This document shows positions 60,867-64,000 of a DNA stretch of 64,000 bases, piece by piece; position 1 is the first letter of the stretch, and each line of letters opens with the position of its first letter. The stretch lies in IMG/VR virus record IMGVR_UViG_3300046007_013272, one strand, 5' to 3'. Made by a program: the position numbers and the translations under genes. The notes beneath the pieces were generated by a model. That model did no database searches. It saw nothing but the letters and a program-made list of their open reading frames with translations, and was not told the origin of the DNA. The stretch comes from an uncultured virus (IMG/VR IMGVR_UViG_3300046007_013272). Taxonomy: Duplodnaviria > Heunggongvirae > Uroviricota > Caudoviricetes.

Positions 60867-61801
60867 ACAATTTAGATAAAACATACCAAGCACTCCTACA
60901 AGATATCCTAGATAACGGAGTAAAAAAGGAAGACAGAACAGGTACCGGAACTATTTCAGTATTTGGTCGTCAGATCAGACATAAAATGTCTGACGGTTAT
61001 CCTTTGCTTACTACTAAGAAAATGGCATTCAAAACTATGGTAACTGAGTTACTGTGGTTTTTGAAAGGAAATACCAACATTAAGTATTTGGTTGAGAATG
61101 GATGTAACATATGGACTGGGGATGCATACAAACGTTATAAAACTGTATGGGAATACGAATTAGATGAACCATTGTCAATGGAAGACTTTGTTCAGCGTAT
61201 TAAAACAGATCCTATTTTTGCACACGTTTGGGGTGAGTTAGGACCAATTTATGGAGCACAATGGAGAAAGTGGCCATCATCTGATTTAGCAGGTGGTGAT
61301 ATTGACCAAATTAAAAATCTAATTTATCAACTCAAAACAAACCCAGATTCAAGACGATTAATGGTTTCAGCTTGGAATGTTGATGATCTAGAACATATGG
61401 CTCTACCTCCTTGCCATTACGGATTTCAAGTTTATACAAGACCAACTACACGTGAAGAGAAGATTATTAATCCTGGAAAATACAGAGCAATCTCTCTAAT
61501 GTGGAATCAACGTTCAGTAGATACATTCTTAGGTTTACCATTCAATATTGCCTCTTACGGATTATTGCTTGAAATGATTGCTAAAGAAGTAGACATGGTA
61601 CCTGATGAATTGATTGGTAATTTAGGTGATGTTCATTTGTATTCAAATCACGTTGAACAGGCAAAAGAACAAATCACTAGAAAACCAATGACTTTACCTA
61701 CAGTAGAGATAACAGAACTAGATTTGTTGGAAGGTAGTGTATCGGCAGAATTAAAAAACTATATTCACCACGATCCAATCAAAGCACCTTTATCTAATTA
61801 A
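60863..61801 (+). CDS. thyA: Thymidylate synthase
   Basis: DRTGTGT, PLLTTK, ELLWF, LGPIYG.QWR, MALPPCH and QRS.D.FLG.PFN. Confidence 0.97.
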   Translation: MNNLDKTYQALLQDILDNGVKKEDRTGTGTISVFGRQIRHKMSDGYPLLTTKKMAFKTMVTELLWFLKGNTNIKYLVENGCNIWTGDAYKRYKTVWEYELDEPLSMEDFVQRIKTDPIFAHVWGELGPIYGAQWRKWPSSDLAGGDIDQIKNLIYQLKTNPDSRRLMVSAWNVDDLEHMALPPCHYGFQVYTRPTTREEKIINPGKYRAISLMWNQRSVDTFLGLPFNIASYGLLLEMIAKEVDMVPDELIGNLGDVHLYSNHVEQAKEQITRKPMTLPTVEITELDLLEGSVSAELKNYIHHDPIKAPLSN

Positions 61802-61803
61802 TT

Positions 61804-62328
61804 ATGATTGAATTATATTCTGCTCACGATATAGACATTAAAACCAAAATTATTGCTCAACAAATTTCTCGCGAGCATAAAAATGATGCTACACCTGTTG
61901 TAATGGTAGGAGTACTAAATGGAGCATTTATGTTCTATTCAGATCTAGTTCGTAATATGGATATTGATGTAGAATGTGATTTTGTTCGAGTCAAATCCTA
62001 CTCAGGTAAAGAACGAGGCAGTATTCAACTCACTAAAGATATTGAAACATCAGTGCAGGGTAAGTACGTTTACTTAGTTGATGATATTTTTGATTCAGGA
62101 GAAACAATGCGATTTTTAGCTAAATATTTTAATATTAAAGGTGCAAAAGATATCAATGTTGTTACTCTAGTAAAACGAGCTAAAAATGAATTTAACCCTA
62201 TAGGACCTCATAGTCTTATATCTTCATTTAGACATGCTTTTGAATGCGAGGATGAATGGTTGATTGGTTATGGAATGGATTCAACAGGGGGTTATAAAAG
62301 AAATCTTAAATCTATCTTTGCTCTTTAA
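61804..62328 (+). CDS. hpt: Hypoxanthine-guanine phosphoribosyltransferase-like protein
   Basis: VGVLNGAFMF.SDL, KSY, LVDDIFDSG.T and IGYGMD. Confidence 0.88.
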   Translation: MIELYSAHDIDIKTKIIAQQISREHKNDATPVVMVGVLNGAFMFYSDLVRNMDIDVECDFVRVKSYSGKERGSIQLTKDIETSVQGKYVYLVDDIFDSGETMRFLAKYFNIKGAKDINVVTLVKRAKNEFNPIGPHSLISSFRHAFECEDEWLIGYGMDSTGGYKRNLKSIFAL

Positions 62329-62351
62329 AAAAAAGTTATTATATTAATGTT

Positions 62352-63056
62352 ATGGAAAATATAGAAAATAAACGTCGTAAAAAACACGAAAATATTGAAT
62401 GCGTTCCTGTTGGTTTCGCAAACGGAGTAGCAGGTGATTTCCCACTTTCAGCTGAACAAAAAGAAGCAATGATCGAGGAAGCAGCAGAGCACTTTGGACG
62501 CTTTCTTACAGCACTAAAATGTGATTGGCAAAATGACCCTAACTCAATGGAGACACCTCGTCGCGTAGCTAAAGCATACGTAAACGATTTATGGAAAGGC
62601 CGTTATACTCCATTTACAGAAATTACTTCATTCCCCTCAGATGGTTATGATGGAATTATCATTGAACGTAACATTCAACTTACATCAATGTGTTCACACC
62701 ACCACCAAACAATTCGTGGTGTAGTACATATTGGTTATGTAGCTGGAGATAATGGTCGTGTAATTGGTTTATCTAAACTAAACCGAATTGTAGAACATTT
62801 TGGTCGTCGAGGTGCTATCCAAGAACAACTTACATCAGCTATTCACCAAGCAGTAAATAAAGTATGTGAAGGTAATCGTGGTGTAATTGTAACTGTAGTT
62901 GCTACACACAACTGTGTATCTTGTAGAGGTATTAATCACCAAGGTGCAGCAATGGTAACTACCAAAGCATCAGGTGTGTTCATGGAAAATGATAACCAAG
63001 CTCGTAAAGAATTCTTTGATAGTCTTAAAATAAATAATGGTCATGTCTCAATTTAA
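62352..63056 (+). CDS. folE: GTP cyclohydrolase I
   Basis: ETP.RVAK, SMCSHH, GLSKL.R, IQE.LT and H.CV..RG. Confidence 0.95.
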   Translation: MENIENKRRKKHENIECVPVGFANGVAGDFPLSAEQKEAMIEEAAEHFGRFLTALKCDWQNDPNSMETPRRVAKAYVNDLWKGRYTPFTEITSFPSDGYDGIIIERNIQLTSMCSHHHQTIRGVVHIGYVAGDNGRVIGLSKLNRIVEHFGRRGAIQEQLTSAIHQAVNKVCEGNRGVIVTVVATHNCVSCRGINHQGAAMVTTKASGVFMENDNQARKEFFDSLKINNGHVSI

Positions 63057-63660
63057 AGAATTAATAACAATAGAATTAATTAATAGTTTAGGATTACTTC
63101 GTTCATTCTCTGATCGAGATGAAGCAACCCGTAACCCTGAAATAGATTGGGCTGAAGAAACTGCAGGTAGAATTGCAAAATTATTCAATTCCAAATATGT
63201 ACCATTCGTAAGCGAGGTTGAAGAGTTCAACAGCTTAATGAATAAACCCAACAATTATGCACCCACAATTCCAGCAAAATCTGAATGGGATTTTGTCTAC
63301 AACTTCGTTTTGGAAGAACTTGAGGAATATAAACAAGCTTGTGAAAAACAAGACATCGTGGAAATTTTGGATGCATTGTGTGACATTGCTTATGTATCCC
63401 TTGGGAACGGTACTATGCTTCATGGCCTTAAGAATCAAATTTGGCCCGCTTATATGGAAGTACAGGCATCAAATCTTTCAAAAGCTTGTTTTACACAAGA
63501 AGAGGCACAAAAGACTGTTGAAACACGTTCACAAGAACAAGGCGAAGGCTGTCACTATGAGCAGGTTGGTAACAAGTATGTTGTATATCGTACTCGAGAC
63601 CGTAAAGTAATGAAATCAATTAATTATTTTAAACCTGATCTGAATCAATTCTTTAAATAA
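63043..63660 (+). CDS. MazG-like / all-alpha NTP pyrophosphohydrolase
   Basis: EE..EY, EILDALCDI.YV, EV..SN.SK and KV.KS..YF.PD. Confidence 0.75.
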   Translation: MSQFKELITIELINSLGLLRSFSDRDEATRNPEIDWAEETAGRIAKLFNSKYVPFVSEVEEFNSLMNKPNNYAPTIPAKSEWDFVYNFVLEELEEYKQACEKQDIVEILDALCDIAYVSLGNGTMLHGLKNQIWPAYMEVQASNLSKACFTQEEAQKTVETRSQEQGEGCHYEQVGNKYVVYRTRDRKVMKSINYFKPDLNQFFK

Positions 63661-64000
63661 TGAGTTACAAATCTTGTTTTGCTACTAGATTAGGCAATAA
63701 CAAATATAAAATCCATTTATGGGAAGATAAGGGTTACACTAATTTTGAGTGGAACTACCCTGCCTACATCGAATGTGACGAACAAGAAGAAGAATTTGTT
63801 GGTTTAAAAAAAGAATCTCTTAGGAAAACTTACAAATGGGATAAAGAAGATAATAAAGTTCATTTTAACGATATGAAACCTTACCAAAGGTTTTTAGTTG
63901 AAAAGTATGGAACTAATGATGAACCTTCAACAACCCATAAAGAAGTATTTTTTGATATTGAGATTGAAATGGGGGGAGCACTTACGGAAGAATATATCAA
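63660..64000 (+). CDS. Family-B DNA polymerase, N-terminal part (runs off the window; not in the ORF track)
   Basis: Open frame MSYKSCFATR...FLVEKYG...EVFFDIEIEMGG; FFDIE is an ExoI-type motif at the expected distance. Confidence 0.65.
   Translation, partial: MSYKSCFATRLGNNKYKIHLWEDKGYTNFEWNYPAYIECDEQEEEFVGLKKESLRKTYKWDKEDNKVHFNDMKPYQRFLVEKYGTNDEPSTTHKEVFFDIEIEMGGALTEEYI

Noticed and set aside
1..64000. tRNA/rRNA genes, integrase or transposase, alternative genetic code
   Set aside because: Intergenic gaps are short, and I saw no cloverleaf or mobile-element motifs. Genes are intact under the standard code and TAA, TAG and TGA all serve as stops. A tRNAscan run would be needed to be certain.

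Overview
This is an AT-rich, single-orientation (+ strand) segment of a large T4-like myophage. The host is probably Bacteroidota, judging from TTG-N19/20-TAnnTTTG-like promoters, A-rich starts without Shine-Dalgarno sites, and signal peptides ending before Gln. Gene order: end of the major capsid gene; a pentein hydrolase plus PSD-type decarboxylase plus PhoH; neck and tail-terminator genes; about 14.6 kb of giant Gly-X-Y fibre genes (one Gly/Ser/Thr protein of 2642 aa and two Pro-rich collagens); a 6.8 kb cassette of protein-modifying enzymes; sheath, tube, chaperone, tape measure and baseplate genes; a replication block (PolA-like, SSB, RecA, 5'-3' exonuclease, helicase, RNR); a lysis/membrane block; a 7-deazaguanine cluster (TGT/DpdA-like, queC, queD, queE, folE) mixed with thyA, hpt and a MazG-like gene; and the start of a family-B polymerase. 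The best candidate for an undescribed system is a phage-encoded collagen/fibre maturation pathway. One protein fuses a GT-B domain, a COLGALT-like GT25 domain and a PLOD-like lysyl hydroxylase domain. It is followed by a second 2OG-Fe(II) oxygenase and a TibC/Aah-like protein O-glycosyltransferase. These sit directly behind two collagens whose only helical lysines are four near-register G-P-K-G sites each, and behind the Ser/Thr-rich giant fibre. All family assignments come from motif recognition by eye, with no database search.
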